From: an uncultured Acidimicrobiales bacterium
GTDB taxonomy: Bacteria > Actinomycetota > Acidimicrobiia > Acidimicrobiales > CAVXTF01
Length of the DNA stretch: 64,000 bases
Direction of reading: 5' to 3'
Assembly: GCA_963764615.1 (NCBI GenBank)
Contig: CAVXTF010000002.1
Location: forward strand, 2,016,351-2,080,350
This document shows, piece after piece, positions 45,679-55,351 of this stretch. Each line of letters starts with the position of its first letter. The stretch's first letter is position 1. Below the pieces are notes generated by a model. The model was not told the DNA's origin. It saw only the letters and a program-made list of their open reading frames with translations, and did no database searches. The position numbers and the translations under genes are program-made.

Positions 45679-46353
45679 TCACCTGCGGTGCAGCGAGGCG
45701 ATCTGCTCCATGTCGAGCAGCGCGAACTCTCCTTCAGCTTCGACGGTGACCTGACCGTTCTGCACGAGGCGGCCCGACGTGTGGACGCGCCTCTGTGCCC
45801 GTTCGTCGACCCATGCCTCGAACAAGCACTCGGTCCCGAGCAGAGTCGGGCGACGGAACCGCAGAGCGAGGCGGACAGTCGGGCCCGCAGCCCCTGCGAC
45901 CATGTTGGCGGCGGTGAGCACGATGTCGAAAGCCCCGGCGATGCTCGCTCCGTGCACGCATCCCGGGGCGCCTTCGTAGGGGGTGGTGAACACCGCTCGC
46001 CCGAGTGCGCGGGGCGGGTCGATCTCGAGCCTGACGGGCAGCGCCAGCGGGTTGTACCGCCCGACCACGACGTCGAACGGCATCGAGGACTCGACCTCGC
46101 TCCCGTCCGCGGGCACCGCCGGGTCGCGGCCCATGAAGCGTGGGAACGGGACCGAAGGCAGTCCTCCCTCGAGGCGGTCGGCGAGCGCATTCAGGTCCGA
46201 CGCAACCTCGGCCAGGACCTCTGCGGGGACCGCCGTGGTCACCGCCAACACGACAAGGCGCCTCAGAGCGTCAGAGACGGATCCGAGCTCCACCTCTCTC
46301 CCGGAGATGGCCGGGTGCCTGCGAGATGATTTCGCCTCGGCCATCCTCACCAC
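45679..46353 (-). CDS. PaaI-family (hotdog fold) thioesterase
   Basis: YEGAPGCVHGASIAGAFDIVL..RFRRPTLLGTECLFEAWV..GRLVQNGQVTVEAEGEF is present. Confidence 0.8.
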   Translation of the reverse strand: MVRMAEAKSSRRHPAISGREVELGSVSDALRRLVVLAVTTAVPAEVLAEVASDLNALADRLEGGLPSVPFPRFMGRDPAVPADGSEVESSMPFDVVVGRYNPLALPVRLEIDPPRALGRAVFTTPYEGAPGCVHGASIAGAFDIVLTAANMVAGAAGPTVRLALRFRRPTLLGTECLFEAWVDERAQRRVHTSGRLVQNGQVTVEAEGEFALLDMEQIASLHRR

Positions 46354-47195
46354 CGGGCCGGTTCGAGGTAGGTCCGATATTCATCGAGGCATCTGAGCAT
46401 GTCCGAGGTGTCACCCGCCGGCACCCGTAGCACCACTTCTGTGGCTCCGGCGGCCGCAAGGTGCTCGAGCTTGCCAGGCGAGGGAATCGTCCCGAAGGGC
46501 ACGACCTCCAACCCGGCGGGATCCCGGTCCCGGGCAATGAATTCGCGCCGCAGCTCCGCGAGGCGCGAGGCGATGCCGGCGCCACCGATCGGCATCCAGC
46601 CGTCCGCGTACTCGGCTATCGCCTCAAAGGTCGACGGGCCAGGGCCGCCTCCGATAAGCGTAGGCACCCATGGCCTTTGCACCGGCTTCGGCCATGCCCA
46701 GCTCGGAGGGAGCTGCACGTGCCGGCCATGGAACTCGGCCTTCTCCTCTGACCACAGGGCCTGCATGCACAGGACGTTCTCGCGGGCGACGGCTCTGCGT
46801 TCGTCGAACGTCACCCCATGATCGGCGGCCTCCACCGGGTTCCACCCGAATCCGATCCCGAGAACGAATCGTCCTCCCGAGATGTGATCGAGGGTGGCGA
46901 TCTGCTTGGCGAGCACGATGGGGTCGTGCTGAGCCACGAGGCTCACGCCCGTACCCAGCCTCAGCCTTGTCGTGACCGATGCCGCAGCAGCGAGGGCGAC
47001 GTAGGGATCGAGGCTCCTGCGGTAGTCGTCGGTGCCCACTCCCTCGACCAGCGAAGGCGGCACATCCGCCTCCACCGGCAGATGGGTGTGCTCCGGAAGG
47101 TACAGGGAATAAAAGCCGCGCTCTTCTACGTGGCCCGCCCACTCGGCCGGACCGATTGTCCTGTCGGTCAGAAACGCCGTGATCCCAATGTTCAC
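46347..47195 (-). CDS. Luciferase-like (LLM) oxidoreductase, probably F420-dependent
   Basis: VNIGITAFLTDRTIGPAEWAGHVEERGFYSLYLPEHTHLP..GRFVLGIGFGWN is present. The candidate GTG start at 47195 lies in the same frame as rlmN, with no intervening stop. Confidence 0.75.
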   Translation of the reverse strand: MNIGITAFLTDRTIGPAEWAGHVEERGFYSLYLPEHTHLPVEADVPPSLVEGVGTDDYRRSLDPYVALAAAASVTTRLRLGTGVSLVAQHDPIVLAKQIATLDHISGGRFVLGIGFGWNPVEAADHGVTFDERRAVARENVLCMQALWSEEKAEFHGRHVQLPPSWAWPKPVQRPWVPTLIGGGPGPSTFEAIAEYADGWMPIGGAGIASRLAELRREFIARDRDPAGLEVVPFGTIPSPGKLEHLAAAGATEVVLRVPAGDTSDMLRCLDEYRTYLEPARW

Positions 47196-48212
47196 GCGGT
47201 GTTTCCCGGCTGTGACGACGCGCTCGAATTGCCCGCACGCGGCGTCGATGTCCACGCCTCGCGTCGACCGCAGCGTGACGTTCACGCCGAGTGCTTCGAG
47301 AGCGTCCTGAAACGCCCGCACCTGTGCGACGGTCGAACCCCGGGTGAGGTATCCGGGCGTCGGATTCAACGCGATGAGGTTCACATGGGCACTAAGCGGG
47401 CGGGCCAGTTCCGCCAGCTCCACCGCCGCCCTGTAAGAGTCGTTCACCCCGTCGATCAGAGCCCACTCGAACGAGATGCGCCGGCCCGTTCGCGTCACGT
47501 ACTCATTGCATGCCTGCATAAGCACGGAAAGGGGGTACCTGCGATTGATGGGGACGAGCGAGCTTCTGAGCTCGTCGTTGGCCGCGTGGAGCGACACGGC
47601 AAGACTCACCGGCAACGACTCTGCGGACAGACGACGGATCCCGGGCACGAGCCCGACCGTCGAGATAGTGAGGTGACGCGCCGAAAGGCCCATGTGACCG
47701 TTGATCCGCTCTACCGATTGCCACACATTGTCGTAGTTGGCGAGAGGCTCCCCCATACCCATGAACACGACGTTGGACAGACGCTGCGGCAACGCGGCCC
47801 GGCGGGCGAGCACTACCTGCTCGACGATCTCGCCTACCGACAGGTGCCTTCCAAAGCCCATCTGACCGGTGGCGCAGAACGAGCACGCCATCGCGCATCC
47901 CGCTTGACTGGACACACACACGGTGGCCCGGCGCTCGTAACGCATGAGAACCGTCTCGATGCGAAGCCCGTCATGGAGCTCGAATAGCCACTTGGCCGTC
48001 CGGCCGCCGTCCGTGCTGCGGGTCGCCACCTCACTGAGGGCGGACGGGACAAGTGCGAGCCTGCGGCGGACAGCACCGGGAAGGACGGTCATCTCCGAGG
48101 GCTGCTCGCCGCGGCGGTACAGCCCGTCCCAGACCTGCCGGGCCCGGTAGGGCGGCTCGCCCTCCAACACCCCGTCGAGCTCCATGAGACTCAGCTCGTA
48201 AAGCCCCGGCAT
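47196..48212 (-). CDS. rlmN: 23S rRNA/tRNA (adenine-C2)-methyltransferase RlmN (radical SAM)
   Basis: PYRARQVWDGLY, the SSQAGCAMACSFCATGQ radical-SAM cluster, GMGEPLANYD and RGVDIDAACGQ are present. As assembled it reads through into the LLM gene. Confidence 0.85.
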
Positions 48213-48349
48213 CCGACAGACACTAAGAGCTGGATGCGCACTTCCCTGCACGTGCCGGTCCGATCCTCACAGGCCCCGATCATCGTCGGACGTGACTTGC
48301 GTGGACCGGGGTAGCGTCGGCGCCCGGAGACAATGGCCATGGAGGATCT

Positions 48350-49579
48350 GTGAAGGCACTTCTCTACGGGACGAAACCTGAGCCTTGGACGTCGCCGGAT
48401 CCGACCAACCGCTTGCTGGCTGGCCTCGCGCAGGTCCCCATGCGGTTGATAGACACAGACGCCCCGGCAACGACGCGTCCTGGTTGGCTGGTGCTCAGGA
48501 CCCGAATGACGGGCATATGCGGGTCGGACGCCAAACAGGTCTTCATGGACTTCGGTGAGGGCCTCGCAGACAGCGCTCTGAACGGGCTCTTCAGCTTCCC
48601 CACTGTTCTCGGCCACGAAGTCGTCGCCGACGTCGTCGAGCTCGGCCCGGGCTCGACGGGGCCCGAGCCCGGCACACGCGTCGTCCTCAACCCCTGGCTC
48701 TCGTGTGTACCTCGTGGAATCGACCCGATCTGCGGCTCGTGCCAGGCAGGAGACTTCAGCCTGTGCTGGCATTTCACGGATGGCGAGCTCGCACCCGGCA
48801 TCCACACGGGAACCTGCCGGGACGCTCCGGGTGGCTTCGCCGAGCTTCTGCCGGCTCACGAGACGATGGTCCACCGCGTCCCTGAAGGTGTCCCCGACGA
48901 GCTAGCGGTCCTCGCCGATCCGTTCTCGGTGTCGCTGCACTCGGTCACGAGGCATCCGCCGCCGCCCACGGGCCGGGCCCTCGTCTACGGAGCGGGCGCG
49001 CTCGGGACGACCGCCACCGCCATCCTGCGCGCTCTTCATCCCGAGGTCGAAGTCGGCGTGGTGGCCGGTCACCGAACGCAGGCTGAGCTCGCCAACAAGC
49101 TCGGCGCCACCGTATTCGCGCACGAGCCGGTCGACGCGCTCATAGACGACGTGGCGTCATGGTCGGGCGGAAGGTTGAGGCGTACAGAAGGCGTTCTTCC
49201 GATGGCACATCCGGGTGGGATAGACGTCGTCTACGACACGATAGGAACGGCGACTAGCTCCGAGGTCGCGGTGCGGCTTCTCGCACAGCGCGGGACGCTC
49301 GTAAAGAGCGGGGTCAACGCTCCCGAGCGTTGGGAGTGGTCCCCGCTCTATTTCAAGGAGATCTCATGGGTGGGATCGAATGCTTTCGGGATGGAGACCG
49401 TTGACGGCGTCCGCAAGCATGCGATCGCTCATTACCTCGACATGGTCGACGACGGGAGAGTCGACCTGAACGGCATGCTGACCCACACGTTCTCCCTGGA
49501 CCAGTGGCGATCCGCGTTTACCGCCCTTGCAACGCAGGACGATTCCGGTGCCATAAAGGTGGCGTTCGACTTCCGCTGA
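48350..49579 (+). CDS. Zinc-dependent alcohol dehydrogenase family protein
   Basis: GICGSDAKQ, GHE, CGSCQAGDFSLC and GAGALG are present. Confidence 0.85.
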   Translation: MKALLYGTKPEPWTSPDPTNRLLAGLAQVPMRLIDTDAPATTRPGWLVLRTRMTGICGSDAKQVFMDFGEGLADSALNGLFSFPTVLGHEVVADVVELGPGSTGPEPGTRVVLNPWLSCVPRGIDPICGSCQAGDFSLCWHFTDGELAPGIHTGTCRDAPGGFAELLPAHETMVHRVPEGVPDELAVLADPFSVSLHSVTRHPPPPTGRALVYGAGALGTTATAILRALHPEVEVGVVAGHRTQAELANKLGATVFAHEPVDALIDDVASWSGGRLRRTEGVLPMAHPGGIDVVYDTIGTATSSEVAVRLLAQRGTLVKSGVNAPERWEWSPLYFKEISWVGSNAFGMETVDGVRKHAIAHYLDMVDDGRVDLNGMLTHTFSLDQWRSAFTALATQDDSGAIKVAFDFR

Positions 49580-49686
49580 CGCAATGGGGCGACTTGCCCG
49601 GGACATTCGCGGCCTCTCAGCCGGCCCGGACAATTCCGGGGCGTTCGGATCGTTGTATGGTCTCGCTCAGACCGGAAGGAGTGCCG

Positions 49687-50121
49687 ATGTTCGCGAACAT
49701 CGTGGTAGGGACCGACGGCTCCGAGACTGCTGACGAGGCGGTGGAACTTGCGATTGCCCTCGCCCGTGAAAGCGGAGCGACCTTGCACATCGTGAACGCT
49801 TACCGGACCACCGCAGGCGCGGGACAGCTTGCGATCGCGGGAGCGCCCGTGCCTGCGAACACCGCTCTCGGCGAGGTGCTCGGGACCGAGGCGAGCCAAC
49901 AGCTCCTAGACCGCGTGGCTGCGCGGGCGACGGGTCTCGAGGTCCGTACCCACCCGGTCAACGAGTCGCCTCCCGATGCCGTCATCCACGTCGCCGAGCA
50001 GGTGGGCGCCGACCTGATCATCGTGGGGAACAAGGGTATGGAACGACGGGTCTTGGGGTCGGTCCCGAACAGCATCGCCCACAAATCTCCCTGCAATCTC
50101 CTCATAGCCAAGACCACCTAG
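49687..50121 (+). CDS. Universal stress protein (UspA family)
   Basis: MFANIVVGTDGSETADEAV..ADLIIVGNKGM..LGSVPNSIAHKSPCNLLI is present. GGAAGGA lies 7 nt upstream of the start. Confidence 0.85.
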   Translation: MFANIVVGTDGSETADEAVELAIALARESGATLHIVNAYRTTAGAGQLAIAGAPVPANTALGEVLGTEASQQLLDRVAARATGLEVRTHPVNESPPDAVIHVAEQVGADLIIVGNKGMERRVLGSVPNSIAHKSPCNLLIAKTT

Positions 50122-50262
50122 GAGAGCTCCGGCCGCTCGCCGGCCCACTTCGGTGCCCTCGCCTGAACTGCCCTTCTCAAGACCCGAGCCTTCAGGGTCG
50201 ATGTAAGAGCAGGACCCACGGCGCAAATACAGGCAGGGGCCCGACAGAGGGAAAGGAGCTCG

Positions 50263-52581
50263 ATGCGCCCTGCGGGTACCCGAAGGCGCCCACAGGTGTC
50301 GCGGGCCGCATCGCCCCGCGCTGAAGAACTCGCGCGTCCAGAAACACCGGGTGCCTCTGAATCCCGTAACCGCAACCCGAAGCTCATCGGCTACGCCATG
50401 GCGGTCGCAGCGCTGCCGGTCTTGCTGGTTCTACGACATTTCGGATTGGTTGCCAGGGTCCCGCTGTGGTTCTACGCCCTCGTCTTCGTAGCCTCTCCGG
50501 TCTCGTCGTTCCTGGTCGACATCTTCGTTGCGAAGCGCACCGGCGCGCTGTCTCTCAACCTGCGGGTGGCGGTGCACGTGGCGTCGGTCACCGCCGTGAT
50601 CTACATGTCGGGCTGGGGTCCTGAGATCGTGGGCGCGTACGGTTTCGTCGTCGTCGACAACCTGGCACGAAGCGGCGCGCGCGCGTGGCGGGCCGTGTCT
50701 TTATGGACGATCGTCGGCGTCGCGACGGGCGAGCTGTTCATCACCAGAGGTTGGGCGCCGTCTTTCCTATCTGTCTCGAGAGCGAACGCCCTCGCGCTCC
50801 TCGGCACTTTCGTGGTGCTCTTCATCGCACGCATGCTCGGGGCGACAACCGAATTGAAGGAAAACGCCGAGTCCGCCCTTCGAGGAAGCGAAGAGCGCTT
50901 CCGATCGCTCGTCCAGCACTCGTACGACACGATGATCGTGACGGCCGACGACGGCTCGATCACCTTTGCAAGTCCATCGGTAAAGACACTGATAGGCCGC
51001 AACACAGATGAGGTCGTCGGTGTCCAGTCCACGTCTTTGATCCACCCTGACGAACGCGAACGAGTTTCGGCCCAACTCGCAACGCGGTTGGCGGGCGGCG
51101 AGGTGGCAGACCGCGTCCAGTTCAGGATGGCGCACGCCGACGGCACCTGGCGACACGTCGAAGCGGTCGTGAGCGACCTGCGCGACAGGCCTTCGGTAGG
51201 TGGCTACGTGACGAACCTGAGGGACATCACAGAACGCAAGGAGGCGGAGGAGAAGCTCGAGCACCAGGCTCTCCACGACCCGTTGACGGGCCTACCGAAC
51301 AGGGCGCTTCTCGGTGACCGCATTCAGCAGGCGATCTTGCGGGGCAAGCGAAACGACGCTCCGGGACCTGTGGTGATGTTCTTGGACCTCGACCGCTTCA
51401 AGCTCGTCAACGACAGCCTCGGTCATGCCGCCGGCGACAAGGTTCTGGTCGAGGTGGCAGACCGAGTCAGAGCGGTCATGAGAGCTTCGGACACGCTTGC
51501 AAGATTCGGCGGTGACGAGTTCGTCATGCTCTGCGAGCAGGTGTCGGACCGCGAGTCGCTGCTCATCGTCGCAGAGAAGGTGCTCGCGGCGCTCGAGCCC
51601 CCTTTCTACGTGGAAGGCAAGCGTTTCCAAGTCGGTGCGAGCATCGGAGCAGCGGTGGTCGAGGGCGACAACGTGACTGCCGACGAGCTGTTGAGCGATG
51701 CGGACTCCGCGATGTACCTCGCCAAAGCGAAAAACGGTCGCGCCCGGATCCAGGTCTTCGATGAAGGCTCAAGAGCGACGGCCCGCCATCGAGTGCACAC
51801 CGAGGAGGAATTGGCGCGAGCGCTCAGGCATCAGGAACTGGTGGTCCACTACCAGCCGATCATCGATCTGTGGACGAGACGACGCGTCGGGGTAGAGGCA
51901 CTCGTCCGATGGCAGCACCCCACACGGGGCCTGCTTGCACCTGGCGCATTCCTGGATGTCGCCGAGCAGACCGGGCTCATCGTCCCACTCGGATCCTGGG
52001 TCCTGCGCACCGCTTGTGCCCAGGTTCGATCCTGGAACGACGAACTGTCGACCGACCACCAGCTGGCTCTGAGCGTGAACCTTTCTGCCAAGCAGCTCGC
52101 CGAGCCGGACTTGGTCGAAGAGGTGTCGTCGGTGCTCGTTGAGGCCGGAATCTCGCCGCGGGCTCTTCGGCTCGTGCTCGAGCTCACAGAGAGCCTGATG
52201 CCCGCCGACGAGGACGAAGCGCGCATCCATGTCCGGCAGCTGCATCGGATGGGTGTGGTACTCGCGATCGACGACTTCGGTACCGGACACTCCTCGCTCG
52301 AGTACATGCGCGAACTGCCCATCGGCGTCGTGAAGATCGACCGGTCGTTCATCAAGGCGATCGGGCGATCGTCTCGAGACGAAGCGATCATCCGATCGAT
52401 CGTCGACCTGGCCCACACTCTCGGGCTCACCGTGACGGCCGAGGGCGTCGAGACCGAGGTTCAGCTCGAGTTCGTCTCGGAGGTCGGCTGCGACATGGCT
52501 CAAGGCTTCTTGTTCGGTCGTCCAGAGCCCGCCGAGGAGGTCGACATCCACTGCCGCACCATCCAGGCTGTCTCGGCGTGA
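50263..52581 (+). CDS. Membrane-bound PAS-GGDEF-EAL protein (c-di-GMP turnover)
   Basis: The N-terminus has about 5 TM helices, followed by PAS (FRSLVQHSYDTMIV). GGDEF is ARFGGDEFVML. EAL is EALVRW, DDFGTGHSSL and EGVET. The start codon is uncertain. Confidence 0.9.
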   Translation: MRPAGTRRRPQVSRAASPRAEELARPETPGASESRNRNPKLIGYAMAVAALPVLLVLRHFGLVARVPLWFYALVFVASPVSSFLVDIFVAKRTGALSLNLRVAVHVASVTAVIYMSGWGPEIVGAYGFVVVDNLARSGARAWRAVSLWTIVGVATGELFITRGWAPSFLSVSRANALALLGTFVVLFIARMLGATTELKENAESALRGSEERFRSLVQHSYDTMIVTADDGSITFASPSVKTLIGRNTDEVVGVQSTSLIHPDERERVSAQLATRLAGGEVADRVQFRMAHADGTWRHVEAVVSDLRDRPSVGGYVTNLRDITERKEAEEKLEHQALHDPLTGLPNRALLGDRIQQAILRGKRNDAPGPVVMFLDLDRFKLVNDSLGHAAGDKVLVEVADRVRAVMRASDTLARFGGDEFVMLCEQVSDRESLLIVAEKVLAALEPPFYVEGKRFQVGASIGAAVVEGDNVTADELLSDADSAMYLAKAKNGRARIQVFDEGSRATARHRVHTEEELARALRHQELVVHYQPIIDLWTRRRVGVEALVRWQHPTRGLLAPGAFLDVAEQTGLIVPLGSWVLRTACAQVRSWNDELSTDHQLALSVNLSAKQLAEPDLVEEVSSVLVEAGISPRALRLVLELTESLMPADEDEARIHVRQLHRMGVVLAIDDFGTGHSSLEYMRELPIGVVKIDRSFIKAIGRSSRDEAIIRSIVDLAHTLGLTVTAEGVETEVQLEFVSEVGCDMAQGFLFGRPEPAEEVDIHCRTIQAVSA

Positions 52582-52647
52582 TGAGTTGAAACGGGGGGTT
52601 CGGACCATCGGAGAACGCGACGCGGCTCTCAGGTAGCGTTTCTGATC

Positions 52648-53010
52648 GTGCAGGCGGTCGAATTTCTTATACACGGGGACCCGGCCCTCGCCCGTAACAC
52701 GGCCGCCGAGATCCTGGGCGAGCGAGGGTTCGCCGTGAATTGGGCGACAGAATGGTCAGCCGAGGCGGTGAAGGGCAATACCGCGGGGAACGTCCTTCTA
52801 GGTGCCCTCGCTCAGAAATTCGTGGTGGGACTGTCTGTGACGTCTGTCGGCGACGGGCAGAGCATGATCAGGTTCGACCGGCAGAACTCCGGGTGGATGG
52901 GAGGAGCAGTGGGCGCGATGCGAGTGTCGCGGAACATGAATTCGCTGCGCGACCAGTTCCGCGACGCCATGTCGGCACGGGGGATGCTCGCCGGAGTCCG
53001 CGAGGTCTGA
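52648..53010 (+). CDS. Hypothetical protein
   Basis: 120-aa ORF of plausible composition. I recognise no family. Confidence 0.45.
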   Translation: MQAVEFLIHGDPALARNTAAEILGERGFAVNWATEWSAEAVKGNTAGNVLLGALAQKFVVGLSVTSVGDGQSMIRFDRQNSGWMGGAVGAMRVSRNMNSLRDQFRDAMSARGMLAGVREV

Positions 53011-53178
53011 CCGAAGGCAACTGCTCGAGCGGCTCGGACCACCGTGGACAGTTGAGGTGATGTTGGGCTGATCGCGGGCGACGGAGCCGCGAGCTGGGCT
53101 CAAGCCGACCGCTGCGGTTCCCGATGCTCTTCCCGGGAGAGGATCCTGTGCGACCGCAGGCTCCCGTTCCTCGAGGAG

Positions 53179-53538
53179 ATGGGCCATATGATGGACGCTT
53201 GTATCTGCTTCCTGCCGGCTGGACCGTGTCACTGCAGAAGGTGTCACACGACGTTTCCGGACCGGCATGCTGCCATGACCCATCTTTCCGACCACAGGTG
53301 CGAGATCAACAGCTGCCCTTCATGCGGCACGCCGTGGTGGCAGTCGAACTCGCCCGGCGCACCCGTGCCCGTCGCATCGACGTGGTGCATCTGCGTCGGC
53401 TGTGGCGAAGCTGCCATATTCACCGGAAGGGGATTGGAGGTCCGTTCACCCACATCCGAGGAGAGCGACAGGATTGGCCAGGACGTCTTCATCCTCCAGT
53501 ACCGCGAGCAGCGGGAACTCGCCAGGCGCACGGGCTGA
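53179..53538 (+). CDS. Cys/His-rich small protein with C2H2-like finger plus Cys4 ribbon-like motif
   Basis: CRRCHTTFPDRHAAMTHLSDH fits C-x2-C-x3-F-x8-H-x3-H. It is followed by CPSCG...CICVGCG. Confidence 0.5.
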   Translation: MGHMMDACICFLPAGPCHCRRCHTTFPDRHAAMTHLSDHRCEINSCPSCGTPWWQSNSPGAPVPVASTWCICVGCGEAAIFTGRGLEVRSPTSEESDRIGQDVFILQYREQRELARRTG

Positions 53539-53957
53539 CCCGCTAGCCTCGCCCCGGGGGTCCGGACACCCCGGTCGGGCACCGAAAGCCGAGGCAGGGC
53601 GACCGGCAGAGCCGGCCCATCGTGGCGATGGCTCGCGCGGGCCTGTTAGACTCTATTGGCTAGTCGATGTGTTCGGCCGGTCGCCGCAGGTTGGCGGGGC
53701 TCGTTTTCGACTCTGGCTCGGGTTGGCCATTCTCAACTCGTCCGGAGCCGTGCTCGACCTTCGTTGCCGCCATCGACGAGCGACCGAACGGGTCGGCCCG
53801 AAGCTTCATACTGCCGTTCAGCGCGAACGACGTCTCGTGGGACAGCGGTTGCGGGCCCGGGCAGATGAGGAAAATGGGTTCGTCCCGACCGATAGGAGCG
53901 TCCAGGCGATCGCGATCGCCATGGCGCCGATGAAGGAAGTTACTGAGAGGGAGAGAG

Positions 53958-54158
53958 ATGGCAGTAGGCACGGTCAAGTTTTTCAACGCCGAGAAGGGTT
54001 ACGGCTTCGTCTCACGCGACGACGGCGAGGACGTCTTCGTCCACTACAGCAACGTCGCCGGCACGGGATTCCGTACGCTCGAAGCCGGCCAGCAGGTCGA
54101 ATTCGAAATTGCCCCGGGACGCAAGGGCGACGAGGCCCGCAACGTGAAGGTGATCTGA
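53958..54158 (+). CDS. cspA: Cold-shock protein (CspA family)
   Basis: [31 protein letters not shown] carries the RNP1/RNP2 motifs. GAGGGAGAGAG lies upstream. Confidence 0.95.
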   Translation: MAVGTVKFFNAEKGYGFVSRDDGEDVFVHYSNVAGTGFRTLEAGQQVEFEIAPGRKGDEARNVKVI

Positions 54159-54279
54159 GCCAGATCTACTGATCTCGTCGTCCGATCACCCGTCAAAGCC
54201 AGTCAGAGCAGTTGCAGTAACGAAAGCGTCAGGCGCGACACCCGGCTCACCGTGCCGCCTGGCTGAAAGGAGCGGCACC

Positions 54280-54540
54280 ATGGCCCGATCGTGTTCCACA
54301 TTCGGGAAGATGCAACGCGAGCAGGAGAAGCGGTCGCGCGCCAGGGCGAAGCAGGAGAAGCGCTTGGCGCGGCGCGACGAGGACCAGCCAGAAGATGGAT
54401 CGGTGACGACCGCCGAGGACCAGGCGAGCATCCTCGAGGCGTTGGCCCGACTTCACGAGGACTTGGCCGAAGGACGCATACCGCTCGAGATCTTCGAAGC
54501 GCGTCAAGAGGAGCTGCGAAGCAGCATCCGCATCGACTGA
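54280..54540 (+). CDS. Small charged protein with SHOCT-like C-terminus
   Basis: The basic N-terminus is QREQEKRSRARAKQEKRLARR. The C-terminus is ILEALARLHEDLAEGRIPLEIFEARQEEL. Confidence 0.4.
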   Translation: MARSCSTFGKMQREQEKRSRARAKQEKRLARRDEDQPEDGSVTTAEDQASILEALARLHEDLAEGRIPLEIFEARQEELRSSIRID

Positions 54541-54602
54541 AGCCACGAGAACGAGCGTCGGCGCGCCGACTCCGGCGCGGGTCTGTCCCTTAAGATTCAC
54601 AA

Positions 54603-55349
54603 GTGGACGCCGAAGAACTGGTCAGCGTCGTCTGCCCCCGGATCGGTGACCTGGGATGGGCCTTCTATTTCATCCCCGAGACCTTGAAGGTGGGAAAATC
54701 CCTCGGTCTCGACGGGCTGCGGTTCTACTTCCTGGGCCGGGGAGGCGTGCTCGGTGACGTCGACGCCGGGGTCGTTGTGAGCGCGTTCGGATACTTCGCG
54801 CCATCGCTCGTTTACAAGATGTGGAACTCAGCACGCGAGATCTGCCCGCCGCAAGACGCTGCGCACGCCTACATGAACTGTTGCGCGGACTTAGGCCGGT
54901 CACACCTGATCGGCGTGCCTGACCTTGCCGGATTCTGTGACGCAGCAGGAGCGGTTAACGATGCGGCCGACCCGGTCGGGCTGGCGTTGTATGCGGGAAT
55001 CAGGACGCAGCCGCTAGCAGAGGATCTTGCCGGGCGGGCGATGCAGCTAATAACGGTGCTGCGCGAGCTCAGAGGAAGCGCGCATCTTCTTGCGGTGCGG
55101 GCGAAAGGGCTCGACGCCAGGACCGCGCACTACCTGCACCGACCGGAGGACATGGCCATGTTCGGCTGGGGTGAGGACGACACACCCGATGTCACCGACT
55201 TCGAGCGCCGCAAGCTCCAAGCTGCTCTGTACCTCACAGACGAAATCGTCCTTCCCGCTTACTCTGTTCTTGACCAGCGCGGCCAAAAAACGCTGACCGC
55301 CGGTCTCGAAGCAATCGGCGACGCGCTTAGCCGCCTCCCGCAACGCTGA
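54603..55349 (+). CDS. Conserved hypothetical protein
   Basis: 248-aa ORF with a GTG start and unbiased composition. I cannot assign a family with confidence. Confidence 0.65.
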   Translation: MDAEELVSVVCPRIGDLGWAFYFIPETLKVGKSLGLDGLRFYFLGRGGVLGDVDAGVVVSAFGYFAPSLVYKMWNSAREICPPQDAAHAYMNCCADLGRSHLIGVPDLAGFCDAAGAVNDAADPVGLALYAGIRTQPLAEDLAGRAMQLITVLRELRGSAHLLAVRAKGLDARTAHYLHRPEDMAMFGWGEDDTPDVTDFERRKLQAALYLTDEIVLPAYSVLDQRGQKTLTAGLEAIGDALSRLPQR

Positions 55350-55351
55350 AC

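Noticed and set aside
53402-54172. 256-aa ORF overlapping cspA
   Set aside because: It is out of frame with the unmistakable CspA ORF, R/G/P-rich, and has no motif. It is a GC-driven open frame.
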